DNA of 62,010 nucleotides, filler included, from Basidioascus undulatus (Eukaryota), in the NCBI GenBank assembly GCA_000826855.1. It is 7 parts of 7 records of this genome, joined end to end, with 100 filler letters (N's around TTAATTAATTAA, not from the genome) between each part and the next. Parts side by side here need not be neighbours in the genome. Positions count along the whole stretch, not along the records: positions 38,460 to 44,286 come from JTLS01001864.1; positions 44,387 to 50,207 come from JTLS01001865.1; 5 more parts are not named here. One strand, given 5' to 3'. The translations under genes and the position numbers were made by a program. The notes below the pieces were generated by a model, which worked only from the letters and a program-made list of their open reading frames with translations, did no database searches and had not been told where the DNA came from. Positions 38,460-50,307 of the stretch are shown in pieces (the first letter of the stretch is position 1; the number at the start of each line of letters is the position of its first letter).

Positions 38460-38884
38460 AGGGGAAGGGGAAGGGGAAGGAGGAGGAGGTGAAGTGGCGC
38501 AGTGCATTTGCGCTGGGTAGGCAGGAAGAGTGGGACGACGTGCCCCGCCGCGCTACATTCCTGGGCCACGCGCTCGCCCGCGCGCCGGGGGAGACACTCG
38601 CAGACGTGTTGTCCGTGTGGAGGCGGGTCGAGGACCTGCTCGGTTCGTCCCCTTTCCCCACCGCCTTCCCCGCCCCCGCGTCTTCCCCGCCGCCTGAGCC
38701 GGAAGTGGTACCGCAGACGGCAGGAGGAGGAGTGGGCCTGTTTGGGGGGAAGGTGAGGAGGGACCCGAAGGAGCTGTTGAGGGGCTTGGGACCGGGCGGG
38801 GGCAAGCGCGAGGCGGCTAGGAGCGTGCTGACGCGCGGGGTCGGGTGGTTGATTGGGGCTGATGAGGGTGAGATGCGCGGATAA
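38460..38884 (+). CDS. SEC39: Sec39/NBAS-type ER tethering subunit, C-terminus (5' partial)
   Basis: WRSAFALGRQEEWDDVPRRATFLGHALARAPGETLADVLSVWRRVE and terminal SVLTRGVGWLIGADE resemble the recalled C-terminus of basidiomycete Sec39-domain proteins. Confidence 0.65.
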
Positions 38885-39833
38885 TGTAATGTGTGAACGC
38901 AATTGATCCGAATGATGAGAGGGTCCTGGGTTCTGCGACCGGGCTCGGTTTGGGGAAGGGTGAAGAATGCTTCGTAGGCGTAACTATCTGCTCAGTCGGA
39001 TCCTGCTTTCAAACACTCCGCGGCCGGGTTGATCTTCAGAATCTCGAATGGCAGCTCTCCGTCAATGAGTACGACTGCTCAGGTTCGGGCGCCTCACCTT
39101 GTCGGCCGACCACTTTATCAGATCAATGGGGATCCTTGGGTTGGGGATCACTGCGATGTGACGCCCTGCGGCGCCTTGACGAGAAGACGCTGGGGCAAGC
39201 CGCCTCTCCGCGCCCACTGAGTGTTTGCTCAACAAGGTTCCCTTTGCTATTGCGATGGCATCTGGCGTCTATGACAGAATATGAGATGAGAGGCCATGTG
39301 GTCTCTCAGGCTTGCCAGAGGGACAGGTCGTCAGACGGTTTTTTGGTCGTGAGTAGGGCCCAAGGCAACATCGAAGACGTCCTCTGGTACCCGCGACAAG
39401 GGTGTATCGCGTCAAGCCCCTAACTGGTACAGGTGGACATGCTGTTGTAAGTAGATCCTTCTATGAGGTAAGCTTTTAATCCGGCTGAGAGACCAGGGAG
39501 TGCGACACAGAGGAAACTTAACGCGGTTTTCAAGGTCTTTTTTTGAGGGTAGCTTGCAGCGCATTGGCTTCTCATGGCAACTTGGCCAGCTATTATTTTG
39601 GAAGGTCTTACATGTATTACTTCTATTCCCTGAGTCACACCAATAGCTTGAAGATAATGAACACGCGTAAGTTGAAGGGGAGCCAAGAACTTGCCCGCCT
39701 CGGTTCTCTGGAAGCGATGAGACGACGCCATTTCGGTGGATGGCCAAACGGAGGACATACAGAATTCATACATTCGCATGGAAGAATAAGTAGAAGAGAA
39801 ATAGCATTGCCCGCAAGCTGAACGCATCTCCTC

Positions 39834-42047
39834 CTAATGTCCTCCCGCCGACCTGAGCCCCTCATGAAGCCTCGTCGTCCTCGCATCGTCCTCGTCCTCC
39901 TCGGTAATGACGAATCGGGAATGGGGGAGGTGGTAACAGCGGCTTCCACCTGGTTGAACTGGAACGGCACCACGCGAGCTTTGTTATGCACGTCCTCCCC
40001 TGCGTCTTCATTGTCGACGACCGTCGTCGTCTGCACTTGGATCCCGCCGCGCATGACGTTCGAGATGCCGCCGAAATTCAAGCACCGGGGAGTCAGGTTT
40101 GCGGGATATGCAGGAGAGCAAAATATTATGAAAGTTGTTGCCCCGTCTAACACTCTTGGTCTCTCGGAACTCTGCAGAGGCGGACTATGTGTGCGTAGGT
40201 TGGAGTCAGCAGCGTGCATTAAGAAGACCGATGCCTTGGGAATGGAATGCGCTGACCTAAGCATTTGCTCTAGCGACAATCTAGCGCAAGTCCAGCCTCG
40301 AATGGAGCGTGTAGAGACCGGTGATGGCATATAGCTGCAGGTGGCGTGTCAGCGTCGCGGCCAGCCAACCCGGAGCAGGAGTGAGGTGTACCTTCCCCAT
40401 AACCAGCTGGAACGGCATGTGAGCCGTGTTGAGCTTCTCCGTGGTAGAGTATACCATCAAGCTAATTACCTATATCAGCAGGTGTTCACAGCGTAGCAGG
40501 GTGGCTGCAACACCCACTCGGCAGTCACGTTCAGAGACGTCACTGCGATCGACCATCAGCTATCATTCAACGTCGGCACAAGATGGAAAGCACGCACGTC
40601 CGCTCGTCTCCGTCGTCAAGCACAGCAAGTTCCTCAAGACCCGGTCAGTCGTGTCGAATCCGGTGGCAGTCGAGCGCAAATGCGTAATCTACAGACACGG
40701 TCCGGGCATCAATGGGCATCATTAGTCGTTCCTCATCAATAATTTTGGGACATTCTTACCAGGGCGGCTGAAATGATGACGTCCATCAAGGTAGAGGTGG
40801 AAAGCCACACATGTACGGGCTATGAGCGACGCAAAAACGCGTGGGACGACAGAGCTCAAGGGAAAATATGGGAAGAAGGAGAGAAAAAGGCAGACACACA
40901 ATCTAGTACGACATGAGCGCCAGGCTCGTCGTCAGTGCTGCCAGTCTCGCTCCTAAACTCCCAACAAGGACGTACCTTAACGACAGAATCGTGTAAATCC
41001 CACGACGTGGACGACGCCGACGGCGGTGGCGACGCCCGTTGCGAATAACTTTCGGATGGCAGCCCGGCCGGTGGGCGGTAAGCAGAGTCTCCTACTTACC
41101 AATAGTGCGCCGAGTCGTTGAGGTTTACCACTGCAATACCATGGAAGCGATGACGTAGTGATGAACCAGCTGCAAGCGAAACGTGCTCAGCGATCCTCGG
41201 CTGCGCACTGCATGCGCTTCAGTCTAAACGTACCACCGCCGCAAAAAGAAGATCTGCAGCGAAACATAAGCACTCTTCTCAGCTCCACCTACTATATTAC
41301 CCAATAACAGCAGAACACTGCAGAATGGCGTACCTGAGCAACACCAGCGATGATGCTAGTCACCTATCCATTGCACCGCCGATGTCAACAGCCGCCCCAG
41401 CGCCCAGCCTCTAGACTGCAGAGTGGAAGGAAAGCGTACCAGCGGCTCCAGCTACCAAGTGAACCTCGACACGTCCCATTTGTCGAGGTTTCCGAGCACA
41501 AAGTCGACAAACAGCATCTCGCTTCGGATAAGAAGCGAGCTCCCTGGCAGTCAGGGTCGAGAATCGCAAGGAGAGATGGAGGGACGTTGGCGGAAACTCA
41601 CAAGGCGCAACAGGCCTACTCCATACTCATGAGCTGGTGTTTTCTGGAAGGTGTATGAGGGGGAGCTCACTTGAAAGACGCCGGCCAAGAACAAGAACAA
41701 CACCATCGCCTTGGTGTTCCACGAGTCCGACCTGAACAGCCGGCTAGAGAACAAGTCCACAACCGCAGGACCAAATCAGTGTCACCTGCTCCTCCCGTGT
41801 GTGGAATAGGCTCCACAAGACGGTCACTCACAAGTAGTCCCATGTCTGCGCCCCAAGCACACCCTGCATTTATGCCTCCCCCAAACCACAGATAGACAGA
41901 CCATCTGGCCTTCCGCCGTGCACTTACCATCAGGATGATCTCCGACACAAGGCCAATCAAGTACGGGCCCAACTAGGCGTTCCGGTTCTCCGCAAGCTTC
42001 GCGACAGCCGGATCCTGGTAGACGATCGTGGGGTTCAGGTCTGGCAT
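39834..42047 (-). pseudogene. DUF6534-type multi-pass (GPCR-like) membrane protein gene, disrupted
   Basis: MPDLNPTIVYQDPAVAKLAENRNA*LGPYLIGLVSEIILM/GALGAQTWDYF/RLFRSDSWNTKAMVLFLFLAGVFQ/...SRFTW*LEPL/VTSIIAGVAQ/IFFLRR../PVHVWLSTSTLMDVIISAAL/ITHLRSTATGFDTTDRVLRNLLCLTTETS../FQLVMGK/LYAITGLYTLHSRLDLR. In-frame TAGs at 41973-41975 and 41452-41454, plus apparent frame problems near 41000-41170. Confidence 0.75.
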
Positions 42048-43958
42048 TCTGTAACGCCGGCCAGGGCGGTTTGTGGGGTAGTAGGGAGAGAAAGGAGCAT
42101 GAGTAGGCTGCAGGCAGGTATTTTAGAACAGTAGAAGAGAAGAAGAAGGAAGGCAGGGATGAGGAAGGACAGGAGAGGGGGAGGGGGACACTTCATGCCT
42201 CGCTGCGCTCATCCCTCAGCTCTGTGGGATGACGGCCAGAATTGAACTGCGCAAAACACTTTATCGCCTAGTCTGACGCCTTCAATCAGGACAATTCAGG
42301 GTGTATGGAAAGCCAGTAGTTGAGCAATATACTGGTGGACGAGACAGACAGACAGACAGCGTACGACAGCAGAAAGGGGGCCACGAGCGAGCGATTCGTC
42401 GGTGGGGCTTCCTCTTACGTGCAGCCTCGCCACAGTCAGAATCATCTTGGAAGCACCCCAACATAGGATTCTTTGCTGTATTCTGTAATGGAAGGTAGAA
42501 TAGACAGTGGAACTCTCAAATTCCACCTGCTGGAGGGGAAACTGCAGTACTTCAAGGTCCACGGTCTGTGCTTGCGCGCCCACTCGAGATGTGAAATGCC
42601 GCAGGCTGTCGAGATGGGACCGACACGAGAATCTGGGTAAAGTCAGGTAATATTCCGATTTCTTGTCCAGACTAGAGGTGGTCCTGGTGATTCTGGCGCT
42701 CATGCGGCCTGCCGGCCTGTTCCCGCAGAAGGCGGTGTGAGCGTGCAGGTCTGTCTCCAATGAATAAATATAGCAGAGGAATATATGAATCTAAAGAGAA
42801 CTCATAGGTGTCATATGCAATTCCCGCTATTTGCCTCCGTTACGACAAGCAGCCGCAGAACAAGCGAGCGAGTGGGTGACTGGGATTCATCGACACCTTC
42901 GCGCAGCTCTCCTGACACCTGCAATACTGACACTGAAGTACCCCAAAGCAGCCCAGCACTCTATACTTACACTCTCTACCTTCGCATTATCCAATTCGAA
43001 CGCTCCAATTCCAATGGTGCGAGAGTCGACTGTACTTGCTCAACGCGTACACGATGGCCGCGTACCCAGCAACCAGTGTCTCTCATCAAGTCAGGATTAT
43101 CATGATACATCCTAGAAGTAAGCACTCAAACAAATCAATCCGGTACCCCGCCTCAGCAACTCCACTAGTCTGGCCTCCGAGCAGGCCTTATCCATGATGG
43201 AAACGCCCCACCCGTCCCAGCGCCTCCTTCCTGACCCCCTGCTCCAAATGCCCCTGCTTCAACTATCACGGCACGCGGCTCACAGAGACATTGCCTAAAT
43301 GCGATCGAGAACCTCAGGCGTCTCTGTTGGAAAGTCCACGAGCCGGCGTAAAACGTCGTCGAGCCCACGCCTTCCCTCGCCTCGACGGTCTCCGCTTCCT
43401 TCCCCGATTAAGACGGGACGGGAGGTAAGAGAAGAGATTTTGCGCAACTCAACTAACCCGTCGAGACGTCCAAGCCTGCCGTAGAAAGTGTCCCAGTCCA
43501 CACTTCCAACTTTCCCTTCCCCTCACGGCATCGCACCCGACGTGTTCACACTCCACCATCACACCAAATATTAACGTGAACCACAGCTGTATATGCGCCC
43601 CTGCCCTTCTCCGCACCCCTCAATACTCAGAAAACACAACTACTAGAAGCGTAAGAAAAGACTATGTGAGAGATACGACGCGATGTGACGGGACTAGGTG
43701 CCAGACCGACAAGCAACAGAGAGGACAACACACCCAAAAAAGGAGGACGCAAACAAGGAAGAGGGAAGAGGGAAAAGAAGTGTTGGGAAGGGGGAGAAAG
43801 GGGGGGAGGAGTCCGCGTGAGGAAGGACGAATGGGGTCGTGCGAATCGTCAAATGAGAACCGGGCGGTAGACAGAGACAAGACAAGTGGAAGGGGAAGAG
43901 GAAGAGCAGTTGCGCGGGACGGAGAGGACAGGGAAGAAGATTAGAAAGAAAGAGGCCC

Positions 43959-44286
43959 TCATCGCCGCACATCCTCCATCGCCACCTCCCCCTCCCCTTC
44001 GTGCGCTATAGGCGGCTTCCCAACCCCCGGCGGTCCGACGCGCTCCACGCTCCTTGCCGTATCCGGCGTGCTCGCCTTCTCGTCCCCCTCCTCGTCCCCC
44101 TCCCCTTCCCGGGCGGCCCACGCCGGACTCGCCCCCTGCGAGGCGAACGAGCCCGCGGAGTCGTCCGAGGAGGAAGACGTCGGACTCGCTGGTGGTCTGC
44201 TTCTCCCGGCTGGATGCGATTGCGAGGGGTTGTGCGAATGCTCGGGGCGGGGGGCGGAGGGTGGGGGTTGGGGAGTGTGGGTTTGT
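43959..44286 (-). CDS. Low-complexity C-terminus of an unidentified protein (5' partial)
   Basis: Open frame ...PASPTSSSSDDSAGSFASQGASPAWAAREGEGDEEGDEKASTPDTARSVERVGPPGVGKPPIAHEGEGEVAMEDVRR*, followed on the minus strand by a pyrimidine-rich 3'UTR-like sequence. Confidence 0.45.
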
Positions 44287-44386
44287 NNNNNNNNNNNNNN
44301 NNNNNNNNNNNNNNNNNNNNNNNNNNNNNNTTAATTAATTAANNNNNNNNNNNNNNNNNNNNNNNNNNNNNNNNNNNNNNNNNNNN
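44287..44386. other. Artificial contig linker
   Basis: 44N-TTAATTAATTAA-44N. Confidence 0.99.
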
Positions 44387-45277
44387 CATGTCCAAGCCGT
44401 ACTTTAGGTATCTGGCCCATCGCAAGTTTTTCAAGGAGGGGAAGAAGGACAAGCTGGTGCGTCTTAACTTCCCCCTCCGCATTCTTCAAAGGTCCTGAAC
44501 TGGGCATGGGTCGGCAGATGGAGCGCCTCCTCCAAATGAAGGTCATCCCCGACGTCCTCCCGCCGTTCGAGCCGACGGCGGAGATGGACGTGAGCTTCCC
44601 GCGCGATGAGCGCCTGATGGAGGGCGAGGGCCTCGTCCGCCCGCTCATCCCGGGCGTGTTTGTCCGGCCGGGGCTGGTGAGTCCCGAGAGAGGGGAGAGG
44701 GGGAGGCAGGGACGCTGATGTGGAGTGCGGGGGAAGACGCTCGAGCCGCCGGAGATCAAGCTCAAGATCTTTGATACCGAGGAGAAGCTGTACACTTTGT
44801 TGATTGTCGACCCGGGTGGGTTCTCAGACCTTCTTTCAATTTCAAGACGCTCGCTGAATTGTCCGTTGGTGCCCAGACGTCCCCTCTCCCTCCACCCAAT
44901 CCTACACGACCTACCTGCACTACCTCCTCCCCAACATCCCTCTCTCCCACCTCTCGCGCACGCTCCCCCCCTCCACGCCCTCGCACCCCTGGGTCCCCCC
45001 GCACCCCCAAAACGGCACGCCGTACCACCGCTACACGCTCCTCCTCCTCTCCCAGCCGGCCGGGAGCGTGGAGAACCCCGAGCAGTGGGCCCGCGAGGGC
45101 TTCAGTGTCCGCGAGTGGGCCGCCAAGGCGGCTCCGGGTGCCAAGGCTGTCGGGGCGCACATGTGGAGGGCGATTTGGGATCAGGATGTGAGCGGGGTTT
45201 ATGAGAGGCTCGGGAAGAGGGAGCCCAAGTTCGGGAAGGTCAGCAGGAAGTGGATGGGGGAGCTGCTGGGGCAGTAG
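44387..45277 (+). CDS. MRPL35: Mitochondrial large ribosomal subunit protein mL38 (PEBP domain); 5' partial
   Basis: MSKPYFRYLAHRKFFKEGKKDKL/MERLLQMKVIPDVLPPFEPTAEMDVSF...IPGVFV/TLEPPEIKLKIFDTEEKLYTLLIVDP/DVPSPSTQSYTTYLHYLLPNI...WVPPHPQNGTPYHRYTLLLLSQ...REGFSVREW...GAHMWRAIWDQDVSGVY. Confidence 0.92.
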
Positions 45278-46386
45278 GGGGTCCTAGATGAATTGGGCGC
45301 ATTTTCGAATGCTGTTGGCGTGTGCTGGACATTCAGAGGAACAAGTTGCATGCTTTCGGGCGGCAGGTAATTTCAGCGCGAGGGTGGATCGAGGCTCGCA
45401 GCGACTTGGAAGTCACGCGTACTCGCAGTCGCGTTTCGGTGAGGACGCCAGCAATACAGAAAATAAAATACTACAAAAAGCATGACAGTTCGCTGCAGCT
45501 GCTTGTTCGAACTAGAAGTGCACATGGACCTGCTCGCGAGCAGCAGACAAGAAGACACGCCGCGATTGGCAGGCGATCGCGTAGCAGGCACGTTGCGAGT
45601 TGTTGCGAGGCTCGATCGACTTCGCTTTCGTCGCGTCTTGCCCGATTCCCCGAGCTGCCACCATCACCATCGTCGTCTTCTCTTTCGCACGCACACCGAC
45701 ACCGATAAAGGGATCAGCATCGGCAACGAGGACGACTTGGCTAGCCCTCTACGGAACAGCTTCTGGATCGCAGGCTCGCCACTTGTCACGCCGTTATCGC
45801 CACACACACACGCGTCTTCCGACTTCTTGCGTTCTCGTTTGAGTAGGGAGGAATAGAACAGGTGAGCCGGCGTATTCAATAAGTACTTTCTAGGGTTATG
45901 TCGCTGGGTGCTATGGATGTGAGGAGTTGGTGCTGTCGGGTGGACAGCTGCGAAGATGGTTGCTGCTCGGGGAGATGGGGAAGAAGACGCCATCTCGAGA
46001 GCACTATCCTCTTTGAACGCCCGATGATGGGCTATCGAAACTCTGCATGGCCAGTTGGTGGACGCTGCCGGTGGTTTGTGTGAAGAAAATTGAGTTTGGA
46101 CGCAGAATTTCATGTGACTCTTTGGCGGGCACCTCGGCAGCGAGCGAGGAAGACTTGTCGCCCCCTTCCTGGCCATCCTAACCCCACCAACCCCGCGCTG
46201 ATCAGCTCCTTGTCCTAGCTTCCCAGTAGCACCACCAGCACATCTTCTCCGCCGCTTCTCCCCCCCCGCTTACCCGCCACATCCCGCGGCCGCGCACCCA
46301 CCGAGACCGCCTTCCTCGCCGCGTCGCCGCCGCCCCCAGCGCAGCAGCCTCGACGCAGCGCCAGGCCGTTTCCGTCCCCCCCTCGC

Positions 46387-49300
46387 ATGAAACCAATCTT
46401 CTACCACTACCACCAGAAAGACGTTCAGTCTTTCCGCCGTCTCCTCGATGGCGCTTCCTCGTCCTCCGCGGGTGCGGGCGGGAAGGCCGGCTCCTTCGGG
46501 AGCAGCTGGAACGGCGAGAGAGCCGAGCGCGTGGACGTCAACGCCAGAGACTACTTTGGGCGCACCGTGCTGCACCTTGCTGCTGCGGGTGCGGCGGGCG
46601 GACCGGGCGCGAGGGGGAAGGAAGGGGTAGAGATGGAGTTTGTGCGGGCCATCTTGGGGACGCCGGGCGTCAACGTCAATCTCCAGGACCAGGAGAGCGG
46701 GTGGACACCGCTTCATCGGGCACTGTATCGTGCGTGTTTTCTCTCTTTGCTTATTTGAGAAGGGCAGGACTCATCGCTAGGACGATCGCAGAGGGCTCCT
46801 TGGCTGTGGCGCGCATGCTCCTCGCCCGGCCCGAGATCGACGTCAACCTGAAGGACCACGATGGCTTTGTGCGTCCCCTTCTTCTCTTCCCCTCCATCCA
46901 CACACCCTCACCATCTCGTCCCCCACAGACCGCCTTCGACCTCTACAACTCAACCGTGGAGGGCACGAACCCCTGCGCAGACTCGGCCGGGTCCACCGAG
47001 CTCTTCTCCTGGGGCGCGAACCGGTGCGTCTCCCCCCTTCCCCCTCCCCATGCAGAACGGAATCTGATATGAGAGAATCTAGGAACTACGTACTCGGCCA
47101 GGGCGACGGGAACGACCGCAACCTCCCCGAGCGCGTGCAGCTCCGCCGCCCGGACGCGATGCGCCGCCGAGGCGGGGCGCGCTTCGAGCCTGTCGGGATT
47201 AGGGAGGTGGCGATCGCGAAGCTGCATACTGGTGAGTCCGCTCTGTGAGGTTGAGGAGACGGGAGGCAGGGCTGATTTGAGTGCGGGGAAGGCGTCGTCA
47301 CGGACGAGCCGAGGAACAATATCCACCTTTGCGGGTTTGGGAGCTTGGGGCGGTGCGTTTCGTCTTTTATGCGGGGTTTTGGCAAGGACTGACGAATCGT
47401 TGGGCACAGCCTCGGCCGCCCAATCCACACCGAGTTCTCTCTCTCCCCACTCCCCTCCTTCCCCCACGCAGTCGCCTCCGTCGCCGTTGCGTCCGACCAC
47501 ACCCTCCTCCTCACCACTTCCGGCGACGTGTACTCCTTCGGCTCAAACAAGCACGCGCAGCTCGGCTACGTCCCCGACGCGCCCACGTCGACCAACGCCA
47601 AGTTCTCTGCCGCGCTCGAGGACGAGATCCAGTTCGCGCCGAAGCGCGTGATTGGCGCGCTGAAGAAGGAGGTGGTCAGAGGCGTGAGGGCGGCGAGGAC
47701 GTATAGCGCGGCTTGGAGCGAGGGGGGACTGTTTACGTGGGGGAGCAATGTGGGGCAGTTGGGTGAGTGTGTGGAGTGGGAGCAGAGGGGGAGGAGGCTG
47801 ATGAAGAGGGGTGGGAGGGTAGGCTACGACAAGATCGCAAACCCCGTCCAGGTCCAGCCGAGGAAGGTCACGGGCGTTACTCAGCCGGTCATTGACGTCG
47901 CGCTGAGCGAGAACGCGATGTGTGTTCTGTGCGCGGCGTTCTTAATTCTTCAAGCTTGGGTGGCCAGCTGCTGACTCTCGATGGTTCGCTGCAGGCTCGA
48001 GTCGTTCGAGGTCTACTGCTTCCACCAAGGCGGCAATGGTCGGATCAAGTCCGTCCCTTCCCCCTTTACCCTCCCACCTCTTCCTCCTCCCCAATCCCAC
48101 GCTGATGGCTCTCGCGCCCATTGCAGCTTCTCGCACCAGCGCTTCCAAGCCGAGACGTCCGTGTACCGCCCGCCGATCTCGACCAAGCCGACGATCTGCA
48201 AGCTCACCTCCTCGGGCTTCACCTTCGGCGCGCTCTCTACGCTCGGCGATGTCTTCACGTTCACGCTCCCCAACCAGTCCGAGGGCGGGCCCGGCGTCGG
48301 CGCGCTGTCGAGCGTCAAGCCCCAGCGGATCTGGAGCCTCAAGAAGAAGTTCACAGCCGTGCGCGACGTCGCGATCGGCTCGGACGGCTCGGCGATCCTA
48401 TGCACCGAGTCGGGGCACGTCTTCGTGCGCACCCCGCGCGCGAACAAGGGGGCGGCGGCCGCGGACACGGGCCCGTCGAGCTGGGCGGCGTCGATCGGCG
48501 CAGGGGGCGGCAAGTCGCACAAGTTCGTGAGGGTCCCGTACCTCCAGCGCATCACGCACGTCTTCGCGAACGAGTCCGGCGCATTCTTCGCTGTCCGCAT
48601 CGACCCGCCCGTGCACCCCATCCACGTTGAGGGCTCCACTGTCCAGGACGACCTCGCAGACTTGCAGCCGCACCTCCGCCGGCTGGGGCAGGAGAAGCAC
48701 CAGATCGAGGAGGACGCTAGCGACGCGGGGAGCGAGGACGAGGACGAGGACGCCGGCGCGGATGGCCGCGGCGGTGGGTGGAGCCAGAGTATTGAGAAGG
48801 ACATCCGGGTCGCGAGCAGGCTTTGCTCTGCTGTGGAGCGGGTGGGCGGGGCGCGGAAGCAGGAGGTGGAGATGGAGGAGCAGGAGCAGTCGGTGCCGCT
48901 GGAGGAGGAGCTGAGCCAGTGGGCGCTGCCCGCAGTCGGGTCCGACCTCGTCGTGCATGTCGCAGGGCTCGACGTCCCCGTGCACACCGTCTTCCTCGCC
49001 GCGCGGAGCCCCGTCCTCGCCCAGCTCCTCTCCCCCACCTCAACCTCAATGACCCCCACGGCCCTCGCGGGCTTCACCCTCACGCGCCCCGCGCACCTCC
49101 CCACGCCGCGCCTGTCCTTCCCGCCCTCCCAGACTCTCACCGCACTCGTCCTCATCCACTACCTCTACTCGGACCACGTCCTCCCCGTCTGGGACACGCG
49201 CGTCGGCCCGCGCCTCGCGGCCGCGCACCCGTCCCTCCGCCTCAACTTCTCCCTCGTGCGCACCGAGCTGCGCGCACTCGCACTCGCACTGCAGCTCCCC

Positions 49301-50207
49301 GCGCTCGCAGATGCACTCGACAGCGTCGTCAAGCGCGCGGCGCGCCCGACCCTCCAGCGCGACCTCCTCGCCCTCCTCGAAGACGGCAAGCACGCAGACG
49401 TCGTGCTTGAGCTCGAGGACCGCCAGGTCAAGGCCCACTCGGCGGTGCTCCGCGCGAGATGCCCGTTCTTTGGAGCGTTCTTTGATGACCCCGAGTGGAC
49501 GGAGCGGAGGAGGGGCGCGCGGGGGACGGACGCGCTTAGGATCAACATGCACGAGACGAGGTGGGAGGTGTTCAGGATCGTGCTGGAGCACGTGTATGCG
49601 GACAAGGGCGTGGAGCTGTTTGATACTCAGGGTGAGTCTGCGCGGGGGCTGCGTGAGCGAATGGGAGGCTGATGTTGCGGGGCGGCTGCAGACAAGGACA
49701 CGATCGACGACTACGTCAACTTCGTCTTTGAGGTCCTAGCGGTTGCAGTGCGTGTCGAGAATTCTCTCGATCTTGGGGAAGTATAAGCTGACTATCGTTG
49801 CACGCAGAACGAGCTCCTGCTCGACAAGCTCAAGCTCGTCTGCTCCGTCGTCATCCGCCGGCACGTCACCGTCCTCAACGCGTCCTCAATCGCGTCCAAC
49901 GCGGCGTTCTACGAGGCCGACGCGCTCTGCACGTCCCTCTTCGAGTACTTCGCCGTCCAGGCCGAGACGATGCTCGAGGGCCGGTACCTCGACGACATGG
50001 AGCCGGACCTCATCGCGCGCCTGACCAAGTACGTGCGCAAGCGCCAGGAACGGCGACTGCCCATCCCGCGCTCGGGCATCTTGGTACGCACTTGCAAACG
50101 AGATCCCGCTGGAAGAGGAAAGTACTGATGAGATTTGTTTTGGCTGCGATCAGACCGAGATGGCGCTGGCGAAGCACGCCGACTGGCTCGCCCAGCTCGA
50201 CATCCCC
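46387..50207 (+). CDS. BTB1: Ankyrin + RCC1 repeat + BTB/POZ protein (Btb1 / IBTK-like Cul3 adaptor); 3' partial
   Basis: Ankyrin: VDVNARDYFGRTVLHLAA and VNVNLQDQESGWTPLHRALY. RCC1: ELFSWGANR/NYVLGQGDGNDRNLPERV, VYSFGSNKHAQLGY and LFTWGSNVGQLG/YD. BTB: SDLVVHVAGLDVPVHTVFLAARSPVL and ADVVLELEDRQVKAHSAVLRARCPFFGAFF, then ANELLLDKLKLVCS. Confidence 0.9.
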
Positions 50208-50307
50208 NNNNNNNNNNNNNNNNNNNNNNNNNNNNNNNNNNNNNNNNNNNNTTAATTAATTAANNNNNNNNNNNNNNNNNNNNNNNNNNNNNNNNNNNNN
50301 NNNNNNN
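50208..50307. other. Artificial contig linker
   Basis: 44N-TTAATTAATTAA-44N. Confidence 0.99.

Noticed and set aside
41452..41975. TAG codon reassignment (alternative genetic code)
   Set aside because: Conserved genes in the window (MSS51, PHO13, RVS167, MRPL35) terminate at TAG at the expected C-terminal positions.
42100..43900. ORFs and possible ncRNA in the intergenic part of contig 4
   Set aside because: Non-genic codon usage, and no recognisable snRNA, 5S or tRNA motifs.
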